Origin: a virus
Length of the DNA stretch: 64,000 nucleotides
IMG/VR virus record: IMGVR_UViG_3300010883_000007
Coordinates: 1 to 64,000 of that record
Direction: 5' to 3' (one strand)
Shown piece by piece: positions 56,501 to 64,000 of the stretch. The notes beneath the pieces were generated by a model. It was not told where the DNA came from. It saw only the letters and a list, made by a program, of their open reading frames with translations, and did not search any database. How positions within the stretch are numbered: the first letter of the stretch is position 1; each line of letters opens with the position of its first letter. A program made the position numbers and the translations under genes.

Positions 56501-57172
56501 CGAAAGCTCCCGAAGAAGTGTTGCGTAGGTCTTCGAATTAGAAAAAGCCCTGACAGTCTGCCCCTGGAATCCACACCAAGACTCTAGAAGCTCGTCTACA
56601 GTGCTTGGGAAGGTCGTTGATGCTGCCTCATCCGGGTCCAATCCCTCACTGAGAATATCTTTTGCTGACGCCATCAGTGTCTCTGAGTTTCCGCGGAGGT
56701 TCAAAACCTTGACTACTTCATCAATTGCGTATCTCACTGTTCTCAGCGACTCAATCTCACTAGTGAGTTTATCAGCCTCCTGGATCTGCTCTTCTGTTAG
56801 CTCAGTGTAGATTCCGTCGGGATCTTGATCCTGAATTGCCTTGAACCCAGATTCAATCTGAGCGTATCTCAAACCGGCCTCGAATCTTCTACTGTCTAGG
56901 AGACTCAGCACAAGAGGCGCATCTGAAAATTCCGACATCTCTACAGAGGCTATTATCTCAGGTCTTACAGCAGACATTGACATGTCTAGCAGATCTTTCA
57001 CTGATGCGTTGGTCTCCAGATTTATTCTCTTGGGTGCAGTTACTGCCTGAATCTGGGCTTCCGCGGGGAACGGCTCTATTTCAGAGTTGAGTCCTTCCAC
57101 TTCGACATGTGGTTCTGGGGCATTATCCCTCTCATTCGAAACTGCACTTGAGTTTGGAAAACCTCGAGGCAT
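53510..57172 (-). CDS. Large hypothetical protein
   Basis: 1220-aa ORF whose start overlaps the upstream stop; no motif recognised. Confidence 0.75.
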   Translation of the reverse strand: MPRGFPNSSAVSNERDNAPEPHVEVEGLNSEIEPFPAEAQIQAVTAPKRINLETNASVKDLLDMSMSAVRPEIIASVEMSEFSDAPLVLSLLDSRRFEAGLRYAQIESGFKAIQDQDPDGIYTELTEEQIQEADKLTSEIESLRTVRYAIDEVVKVLNLRGNSETLMASAKDILSEGLDPDEAASTTFPSTVDELLESWCGFQGQTVRAFSNSKTYATLLRELSSAITGVYPTMIDHGQHRTDPGATRLSSRHIAPPGQRHQLDCAHIGNRSGIKSPMGAGTGNTAGGNISSGPLTGLDRALVLATLLSNELTVSAGIGRLSGMPIGNRFGVTQENPVLGALGISTSVSNIDITSMTTKPGSLADFIVLNETQNNAQRTVLPFEAAPVRASGKTLTSGADFFVEGPLRFPGGNHVDSYMSYASKLSDTTQDVSNYLEELLALGEKEMPLTPQGVLVRCLSELHKVASFMSETFESGNIPRVTYTSAALYANCSSNTSATYRARTAVGQVSARESLLGVTLRFREEFDQQLTDKSYVPNRTQAGDLGASQNDIEAIFDMARGNALEWQLANIGSSVSAQTITTNVTAAKGWTKTGKFAPVGNMRSADNPDDMSLMESPVQIARELQREAMNLAQREKSSASYLDASGYTRFNKWDDNMIVAVVQEILMSLSSHFFKIYYQTNHPYGYRRTLTAAHSPRCTIAWHPPSFRKLRDFLESLILTTQSGVALDTMWLDSGESASVPSVTRTTSFLGKGAQKVVADELTSMMTSAINHRKFIKMIVSLLKATGNEILRASDLSSQVYSALSDPEVTQKEDSELTSDVHEALVRLAKSPSGRQSLKYLTPDQTSLKLVDKMRSDPNSLTAAQLESDLILTPAQRLAVNNFAAGPHVADITYPGDGIVLSVGLPVGMMRALRRPVLDGDGGASVDFADPDASGVSIRVHRVSELHTGLSSWTPLEFQFDTELFLLPDSIRVSEEIQGVNQGALSLQIIVDTSVWYRIRSGRIISANLGADLRKEDPSVAPILNNHMKSHLYELMIYEVSGLPLNEKNFLFQGNLLNPMLDKETRDRLSKLLGKDEIAELLDITGTTFNRIFVQERVNGVDYLKCQTGSTLSHMLRSRWERTRNEFGTTITTRKPPEIKKDSLRAGLMLSKSSLLTPRLRRERVLSPSQFDRIFNIMIESRDYAGFAQRHTQWQVRQHYYKNWMKGDINGYYCEVDLVG

Positions 57173-60162
57173 TATTCAGAATCCTTCACTAGCTTGGGAA
57201 TTTTCTCAAATCTTCTAGGCTTCTTGATCTTTGGCATCGAGCGGGGACGACGTTTAAGATTCTCTAGAAGTTCTGGGGGCATTGATCTCGTGCGTGTGAT
57301 AGTCACAGGTTTAGACTGCTTTATTCTAGAGCAGTCTTCAAGCATTGCACCCACCACGTACTCTACCTTGCCTACACGCCCAGAGAGCCGTCTATCAGTA
57401 TACTTGAACTTATGACTACCCCCGTCATCACTATTCATAATCCTGGCTAACACACCAAACGATCCTTTATATCTAGCAAAAATAAAGAAGCACTCGATTC
57501 GTTCGACAGCACCCTGGACCTCCCATGTAATAAGATTCTGGCCCCGGGAGGTTCTGGATCCCTTGATGTTCCCAATAGTTGGAGGTGGATTGGGCACTGT
57601 AACGTCTGTGTAAATCTCAATTCCTGTCATTCCCTGCTGCATGAGGGCTGAAATACTCTGAGATGATCCTTTCTTCAGTTCTGTATCACTGGGTAACACA
57701 CCGGGTGTTGTACCAAAAGCGTATAGGAATTTTTGCGCTAACACCTTTGTTTTGTCTGGCTGCGATCCTCCTGTTCCCTGGGCATGTTGTACCGGTATTG
57801 TAGTCATAGCTTCTCTAAAGAGTGCCTCAGGAGGTCGTAGACAGAGTTTTGCAATGTATCTATACGAGTGACCTGGCCTCAGAGGAGAGTTTTTATTATC
57901 GATCTGTGTCGATGTATTGTCAACAAACTTACCTGATGAGCTTAATCCTAACATCTCTCGGCGGCCGGTCTTAAGATCAAGTCGCTCTATAACATAGGCA
58001 GCAATTTCACTAACTCTATCACGATCTTTCTTCACCTCATCAATAAATGCCTGTGATACTCCCGAAGACTCGAGAATCTTGGCAAGTGCTTCTAACCCTT
58101 CGTGTGTGGGTTTTGTAGTAATAACAAAGGAAACCTCGTGGCCACCTAACTTAGAATTTTGATTTTTGTGATCGAGTAGGCTAGTCTCTCGTATGCCAGT
58201 TTTAACCGGCACGACTATCTGTGGTCTCCTGTGAACTATTACTTCGTCTCCGGTAGCCTCGACTGAAGGTCCAAATCTCATTCGAAGCTCAGCGCAGTAT
58301 CGATACTTCTTGAGTGGTATCACATCAAGATCATCAAATCTCACACTCTTTTCGCCCTTGGGTATCATGATAACTGTTTTGTCTGTTCCATACTCCTTGA
58401 TAGGGCGGAGTGGCCTGCTACTATTGGACACGAAAGAATCAGCAGACAGGTCTTCTCTCAATAGCGTTACAGCTATAGCCGCTGATGGGAGACGAGTGAT
58501 ATCTACTACAATTCTATCATAGTCATTTCTCGCGTGGATTGATACATGGGTCTCCTCGCTAACTGACGCAGAACCGGTGCCGGCTATGGGCTGAAGGCTC
58601 TTGACTACGACTGAATTGTACTCCTCTGATATTCGTCCTGTAGGGCCTATACTACATGCTCTATAAACATTTACTGTCGTTCCCACATTGTCTACACCGG
58701 TGTCTGTTATAAGCTCTGGGCCCATGCCTACTGTGAGGTCTGCTAAAACAACTGTCTTATATTTGCCTTCATTATCAGAACCTAAATTACTCGTTTGAGG
58801 ATTGGATACTTTTCTCTGGACCAGTACTTTTGTCCCAACGGGATCCTGCTGTGTTACTGTTAGGATATTTCTGCCGCGCATGCGCGCGCTAGACACTATA
58901 TCTGGGGGTGTCACAGGTGTCAGAAGCTCCTCTGTCTGTGCCCTGTGGCGTACGCGATACACTCTGCTCATAAACGGCTCGAGTCTCTTCCGGCCGGCTA
59001 TCTGTTTAATCCTCATAAGAGTGATCTCCCAGTAGAGAACGGGAGTTATGCCAGTTGTCTTAATAGGGACTGAAACAGTTCGTTCAACCTCAATCAGCCT
59101 CGACTCAAATTTGACAATGGCGGGCGGTGGAGGAGGGGTCCATGCTGTTGACTTCGCAGTCTCGACATCCGGATTTTTTCCCCTGATTGGCTCAGGCGCA
59201 GATTCTAGCTTAGTTGCCTGCTGAACGATGGCTGCAATTGCTGGCGACCATATGGAGTTTCTTCCAGTAGAGAACTTTGGAGGTGATAAGACTGGAGATT
59301 GACGCATTAGTGAGATTCTTGGGCCAGGGCGGCCGTGCCCCTGCCTCTTTTTCCTCCTTTGCTTCGTATTCTTTCGATTCTTTCTCTCGTTTCGACGCGT
59401 GGGAGTGCTGACAGTTATGCCTCCCAGCTTACTGCCTGAAATTCCTGCGGCAGGGTGTTGTGTCAGAGCAAAACTAGAAGGATCCTTCTTCTCCTGATGA
59501 AGGGCACTAAGAGCGAGTCGGTGAAATGATCCACCATCAGTTGTGCCGGCTTTGGAGCCTCGAATCATATTCTCATCAACTTTAAGATTAGAAGCAGCTC
59601 GTCCAACTCCTGAGACTTCTTTCTCTTTTAAGTCCTCCTCAGGCTCGTCTGTAACATATGTGTACACCTCAGGCTCAGGCTCTTTTCCCTCCTCCTGAAA
59701 CCTTTTGAACTTCTCGAGGTCTTCCAGGCTTAGCTCGGCTCGAAGATTCACAACTGTCCCACCCAGGGACCGCTTTTTCCGGCGCTTCTGGGAAACTACA
59801 TGTGCCACAGGATTTTCAGCCTGATTTGTAGGGCCTGGTTCCTGCTCCTTCATCGAGCCTATCATCTTGTGAACAGCTGCTCTTGATGTGTCAGTACTCC
59901 CAGACGATGTCTCACGGTTGGGATCCTCACTGTATACTTGAATTGATATATACTTGACATTATTAGAGAGCGCCAAAAGGGAGTTTATGTAGAATTCTGT
60001 CTCATATATGAATTCCCCCTTTGCAGAGAGGATTCCCTCCCCGGGCTCTCGAGTATTGGGCTCTTCCTCGAGATCTTCAAGCATTGCCAAGCCACGTTCA
60101 TGATCAACAACAAAAATATCATCAAAACTAGCAGACTGTGCTTCATCATGTGTAAGCCTCAT
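57172..60162 (-). CDS. Large hypothetical virion protein with FN3/Ig-like repeats and a basic tract
   Basis: Repeated F.D......YRY patterns; RRNERKNRKNTKQRRKKRQ. Confidence 0.65.
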   Translation of the reverse strand: MRLTHDEAQSASFDDIFVVDHERGLAMLEDLEEEPNTREPGEGILSAKGEFIYETEFYINSLLALSNNVKYISIQVYSEDPNRETSSGSTDTSRAAVHKMIGSMKEQEPGPTNQAENPVAHVVSQKRRKKRSLGGTVVNLRAELSLEDLEKFKRFQEEGKEPEPEVYTYVTDEPEEDLKEKEVSGVGRAASNLKVDENMIRGSKAGTTDGGSFHRLALSALHQEKKDPSSFALTQHPAAGISGSKLGGITVSTPTRRNERKNRKNTKQRRKKRQGHGRPGPRISLMRQSPVLSPPKFSTGRNSIWSPAIAAIVQQATKLESAPEPIRGKNPDVETAKSTAWTPPPPPAIVKFESRLIEVERTVSVPIKTTGITPVLYWEITLMRIKQIAGRKRLEPFMSRVYRVRHRAQTEELLTPVTPPDIVSSARMRGRNILTVTQQDPVGTKVLVQRKVSNPQTSNLGSDNEGKYKTVVLADLTVGMGPELITDTGVDNVGTTVNVYRACSIGPTGRISEEYNSVVVKSLQPIAGTGSASVSEETHVSIHARNDYDRIVVDITRLPSAAIAVTLLREDLSADSFVSNSSRPLRPIKEYGTDKTVIMIPKGEKSVRFDDLDVIPLKKYRYCAELRMRFGPSVEATGDEVIVHRRPQIVVPVKTGIRETSLLDHKNQNSKLGGHEVSFVITTKPTHEGLEALAKILESSGVSQAFIDEVKKDRDRVSEIAAYVIERLDLKTGRREMLGLSSSGKFVDNTSTQIDNKNSPLRPGHSYRYIAKLCLRPPEALFREAMTTIPVQHAQGTGGSQPDKTKVLAQKFLYAFGTTPGVLPSDTELKKGSSQSISALMQQGMTGIEIYTDVTVPNPPPTIGNIKGSRTSRGQNLITWEVQGAVERIECFFIFARYKGSFGVLARIMNSDDGGSHKFKYTDRRLSGRVGKVEYVVGAMLEDCSRIKQSKPVTITRTRSMPPELLENLKRRPRSMPKIKKPRRFEKIPKLVKDSE

Positions 60163-60170
60163 ATAAACTC

Positions 60171-61112
60171 CTAGTCCAGAATAACTGTGAACATGTTAAC
60201 AAATGTTGACGAGCCAAAGTGATCTTCCATAACCTTGCCCAGAAAGAAAACTCTTTTTCCCGGGGAAGCAGGATCCTCATCAGGAAACTCTCCAAAATCA
60301 ATAATTGAAAGCTTCTGAATCCCCTCGTGACGAAACTCGAAAGGTTGTATTACGATATTATTGTCCCGAGATGTATCAGTGAAATTAATGTCCACCCAGG
60401 GCTTCCCCTTGAGATCTTCCTGTAAAGCCTGCAGCGTCATGTGATTGGCCTGACTTAGGTTGACATACCTTCCCAACAATCTTCCGGTGCCTTCGCCCAA
60501 CATGGGAGGATTTCTGGGCGGTAGGTATTTATAGTTCGGAAGGTGGGAGAGACGTTTGTCCTGAAAGAGGCTCTCGATGGACGAGATTGATGCCTCCTTT
60601 ATCTTTCCCTGCTCAATGGGTGATGAATCAGTTATCTCGAATGTAACGTTCTCCTGATTAATCAGGAAATCAGTTGAGTCCGCAAAGGGATCTGTCTGCC
60701 CAATAATCATCTGATCAGTGAAATTCTTGGTCACATTGTCCACTATCTTTTCAGACAGGGACGAGTATTGGCTTCCCGTTAGGAGGGTCGATGATGCAGA
60801 GTCAGCGTAACTGAACGAGCCTGTCACTACATTTGTTCCGTCCAAATCAAAATCTGCTGTCCGAAAGGGCTTCATAGTACCCTGGGGCGTTGTCTCTACA
60901 ACTATTAGATCCTGGGCCCGGCCGGAGGCCTCGAAGAAAATACGACCATCAGCAGCTGCTGCAACACCGTCGAGATCCTTACTGTAAAAAGTGTCTCTGT
61001 CTGAGAAGGTCGCGTACTTTATCTGCAGTTCACCGTTAGCCGCTTGCTCACGGCCCTGCTCAGTGATTATGAAATCGATCACACGGGTCTTGCTGTTAAG
61101 AATTCCGGCCAT
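60171..61112 (-). CDS. Putative baseplate/tail-fibre attachment protein (N-terminus similar to 50809..51525)
   Basis: RVIDFIITEQGREQAANG.LQI.YATFSD.D..Y...FFEA. Confidence 0.6.
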   Translation of the reverse strand: MAGILNSKTRVIDFIITEQGREQAANGELQIKYATFSDRDTFYSKDLDGVAAAADGRIFFEASGRAQDLIVVETTPQGTMKPFRTADFDLDGTNVVTGSFSYADSASSTLLTGSQYSSLSEKIVDNVTKNFTDQMIIGQTDPFADSTDFLINQENVTFEITDSSPIEQGKIKEASISSIESLFQDKRLSHLPNYKYLPPRNPPMLGEGTGRLLGRYVNLSQANHMTLQALQEDLKGKPWVDINFTDTSRDNNIVIQPFEFRHEGIQKLSIIDFGEFPDEDPASPGKRVFFLGKVMEDHFGSSTFVNMFTVILD

Positions 61113-61176
61113 GTCTAGTAACTATCCCAACTATAAAATGTCAGACCCATCGATTGTGAGATTCCAAAAGTCATCC

Positions 61177-61989
61177 CTAGAAGCCCGCGTAGAATAATAT
61201 ACCGTTCAAGCTAATATAGTCCTCGTTATCAGGCCAGCTAGCTCCTGTTCCAATAGCTTGGGCCAAAACTCGACCGTCTGCCATTACCCAGAGTTTTGCA
61301 ATGACATATGTTGTTCCAGTAGTGAAGGTGTCGCTGCCGGAATCGGTTATTGTACTCCCCGAGGAATCTTTCGCAAGGCCCGCAAAAAGAGCATTGTCTC
61401 CATCAACAGGCCTATAGCCGGTGGGTAGTGTAAAGATTGTAGTGCCTGCGGAATTATGAGACGTCTTCGCTTGGCCACGGACATGGACAAATCCCTGGCT
61501 GTCCTTCATGAAAGAAACCTGTGTCTCATCAGCACTGTAATTGGTCCAGTACTGAGCGAAGTCGTAGGTATTGCCTCCGCTGTACGCTGAGACAGCTGTC
61601 CACGAGGGTTGGGTCAGCTGCAGAACACCCGCAGTCGATACTTTGATTGCTGTGTTGTTGCTTATTGATGTTGTCCCCAGTTTGAGAGTGTCACTATCAC
61701 TGTTATCGATGCCTAAACAGAAGGTCTTAGTCTCACCCAGGGCCCAGACGATTTGTGGGTCACCAGTAGACGTATTATCGACCATTATTATGGTTGTGTC
61801 TGTTGCTGACGAGACAACCTCAAAATCATTCTCGGGACTAATCCTTCCTCCCACAGCCACCTTACCCCCTACAGTGAGGACTATCTTAACTTCAGGATCT
61901 GTTCCCACGCCTGAAGTATTTCCGCCGGTTAGAATCTTGAGAGTTGTGTCCGGGAGCGGAAGGACATTATTTACCTTTATCTTACTCAT
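61177..61989 (-). CDS. Putative short tail fibre / receptor-binding protein
   Basis: C-terminal KDSQGFVHVRG...GTTIFTLPTGYRP...V.ADG.V...YISLNGILF is typical of phage RBP head domains. Confidence 0.65.
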   Translation of the reverse strand: MSKIKVNNVLPLPDTTLKILTGGNTSGVGTDPEVKIVLTVGGKVAVGGRISPENDFEVVSSATDTTIIMVDNTSTGDPQIVWALGETKTFCLGIDNSDSDTLKLGTTSISNNTAIKVSTAGVLQLTQPSWTAVSAYSGGNTYDFAQYWTNYSADETQVSFMKDSQGFVHVRGQAKTSHNSAGTTIFTLPTGYRPVDGDNALFAGLAKDSSGSTITDSGSDTFTTGTTYVIAKLWVMADGRVLAQAIGTGASWPDNEDYISLNGILFYAGF

Positions 61990-62007
61990 TCTTATGTCTC
62001 CTAGACA

Positions 62008-62490
62008 TTAAAACTCCCCAAAGGGAGGTATACAGAGGACTGATCCAGAGGAAATGGTCACAACTTTGCCCTCCTGTATTACAATTGGACTATAGTGGAG
62101 ACCCTGGAAACCCTTTTCTATTGTGAACTCTTCACTCCCCAGAGACTTAAAAGTTCCGACCCCCACCATTCCGCTAGCTGCTGCCGGGGAGCCCTCATAC
62201 ATCAGTGTGGTACCGCTCACATACAGCAGGCTTCCAGTTGTTGGCCAGTTTGTGGGTTTATACTTTGCAGTCTCGCCGTCAACGACTCCGGGTGGGTACT
62301 CTTTGTCAGGAAAGGGTTGAAATTTCACACCCCATATAGCTCCAATTGGACTCGAAAACTCTGGTGACGGTAGGCCGACCTGCAGACCATTCGGAAAAAT
62401 CACATTTGTTACCCTTCCCGCAATATCTTTAACCACATATTTCACCCTGCGTCGAACGAAATCTGGATGATCCTTAATAATCTTAGGCAT
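62008..62490 (-). CDS. Hypothetical protein
   Basis: Co-oriented ORF with SD-like AGGA. Confidence 0.65.
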   Translation of the reverse strand: MPKIIKDHPDFVRRRVKYVVKDIAGRVTNVIFPNGLQVGLPSPEFSSPIGAIWGVKFQPFPDKEYPPGVVDGETAKYKPTNWPTTGSLLYVSGTTLMYEGSPAAASGMVGVGTFKSLGSEEFTIEKGFQGLHYSPIVIQEGKVVTISSGSVLCIPPFGEF

Positions 62491-62500
62491 AAATCACATC

Positions 62501-64000
62501 CTACTCAAATGTCAGCATAACACTGGTTCCTGAGGCGTCGTCAGGGTTAGTCGATCGATCCCGGGTTAGTCCATCAAAATACGGAAGTGAGGAGGTGCAG
62601 AAAACATCTAAGTTCTGACTGTGTGTGGATTCCGGATCTACGTTAACAGCTCGAGCGCCCTCATCGTCGGGTCGAGAAGTGAATGTTACACTAACAGGAC
62701 CTGACTCTACACCGTCTTCAGTAAAGAAGCGAGTAAATCTACGGGCCTCGAGGAGATCTCTCACTTGACCGAACTTATTGTGGCGATACACAGCAGAAGA
62801 GTACATGGGTCGAATATTGGCCACTCCATACTTGAAACCTCTCAATATAACTTCAGATCCAACACCTATGTGCATACCCCCAGTCACATGGGTCGAAATA
62901 TCGCGGTTAACCGCTGTCTGGACTGTTGTATAGCCCACGGGTTCTTTAGTTTTCTCCCTCTCGCTATACCAATAACGATAGTTGTTGTTAGCGGTGTTCC
63001 ACGTGTAAGAACCCACTGGAGGAGCAATATAAGACTTACCATTGTGGGTGCCACCGTCGCGCTGCGCTAGGTACTGGTCGATGTAGTAGACAAATTTGGA
63101 GTCCGACGAGTGCGGATACCCCCACGTGATCTGGACAGTAGTTACTGTTGATACACCGGATCTCACAAAGGATCCTGAGACAGGAATGGTCGCATTGCGA
63201 TCCACAAGAATCCTCTGCCACTCAGTTCCGTCTCCCAGTAACCCTCCGCCAGTGAAGGATGTTGCTGTAATATTAGTCACAGTCGATGTGATTGTCGTGT
63301 TACTCTGACTACCCCCAACCTTCTGAGTTAGGGACATAGAGCCTTCTCCGTTGGCTGAGGGAGCTGTCCCCACAGCAATTACAGAGTCTGCGGTGTTGGC
63401 ATTGTGCCCGTTGGTGTGATTGATTGCAGTCTTTAGCAGGGTTAAATAATCTCCCTGGTCCATGGCGCCAAGATCTGTTCTTATTGCAATACCTCCCACA
63501 GCAGCATCACCCTCAGATAGGGTGAATCCGTCGCCGAAGTCACCCACTGCAAGAACATCTCCTGTTACTATTGAGTTACCCTTTCCACTTGGTCCGATGC
63601 CAATAAGCACATACTTCTTTGTTACTCCAGCAGACGAGGTGATAGTGACTGTCTGTAGCTCGTTTGCAGACGTAAATGAGTTGAGATCGCCGTCTGCACA
63701 ACCCAGGGATCCGGCTGCCCTGGAGCTATTGGGATGATCAGATGAGATCGTCATTTGAGTGTCTGAGGAGATTGCAGTGACTATTGCAAATGTGCTTGAT
63801 CCCAGCTCGCCGTACTGACTATGCGTAAAGTTAGATGCAGTAATATTCTGTGCATTAGCATCGACGGTAATAGCTGTGTTCATGGATCCTGAGGCGCCGG
63901 CGACCTGCTGATACAGCGCAAGTGTGTCTGTACCGGCGATGGCGTAAATATTAGAGACTCCATGCCCGTTGGCAGAATCTATACACGTCTTGAGCGAGGC
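62501..64000 (-). CDS. C-terminal part of a large virion protein, truncated by the window edge, with divergent FTGG-type modules
   Basis: The frame is open from 64000 (ASLKTCIDSANGHGVSNIY...) through the tracked ATG at 63883, so the true start lies outside the window. Confidence 0.75.
   Translation of the reverse strand, partial: ASLKTCIDSANGHGVSNIYAIAGTDTLALYQQVAGASGSMNTAITVDANAQNITASNFTHSQYGELGSSTFAIVTAISSDTQMTISSDHPNSSRAAGSLGCADGDLNSFTSANELQTVTITSSAGVTKKYVLIGIGPSGKGNSIVTGDVLAVGDFGDGFTLSEGDAAVGGIAIRTDLGAMDQGDYLTLLKTAINHTNGHNANTADSVIAVGTAPSANGEGSMSLTQKVGGSQSNTTITSTVTNITATSFTGGGLLGDGTEWQRILVDRNATIPVSGSFVRSGVSTVTTVQITWGYPHSSDSKFVYYIDQYLAQRDGGTHNGKSYIAPPVGSYTWNTANNNYRYWYSEREKTKEPVGYTTVQTAVNRDISTHVTGGMHIGVGSEVILRGFKYGVANIRPMYSSAVYRHNKFGQVRDLLEARRFTRFFTEDGVESGPVSVTFTSRPDDEGARAVNVDPESTHSQNLDVFCTSSLPYFDGLTRDRSTNPDDASGTSVMLTFE

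Noticed and set aside
1-64000. Alternative genetic code (stop-codon reassignment), as in some large phages
   Set aside because: Core genes are full length in the standard code, coding density is high, and TAA, TAG and TGA all end genes at plausible positions.

Overview
This window is the virion-morphogenesis block of a large, contractile-tailed phage with T4-type head genes, about 50-55% GC by eye. Essentially all real genes lie on the minus strand, and the plus-strand ORFs look like antisense shadows. In transcription order (high to low coordinates) it holds putative baseplate/fibre genes, a RuvC-like resolvase, a DnaG-like primase, a fused SbcD-SbcC (Mre11-Rad50), the terminase large subunit, portal, prohead protease, small head proteins, a divergent ribosomal protein bS21, scaffold and major capsid protein. 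These are followed by neck and tail-completion proteins, two tandem tail sheaths, the tail tube, a YkuK-like RNase H fold protein, a tail assembly chaperone, tape measure, tube initiator, LysM wedge, hub and a compact family A DNA polymerase. The most striking signal is a ~115-120 aa module (ATFT(F/L)xDKP ... SVNVPSTFTGG). It is inserted in frame in one tail sheath, and inserted inside another copy of itself in a baseplate/fibre protein, with DNA-level identity between copies and more divergent relatives elsewhere. Other notable signals are a probable +1/-2 frameshift in the tail chaperone, a recurrent ATANTTA upstream motif, sigma70-like promoters implying leaderless mRNAs, and [ST]-G-S enrichment in outer virion proteins. 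All calls come from motif recognition and synteny by eye; no database searches were run.
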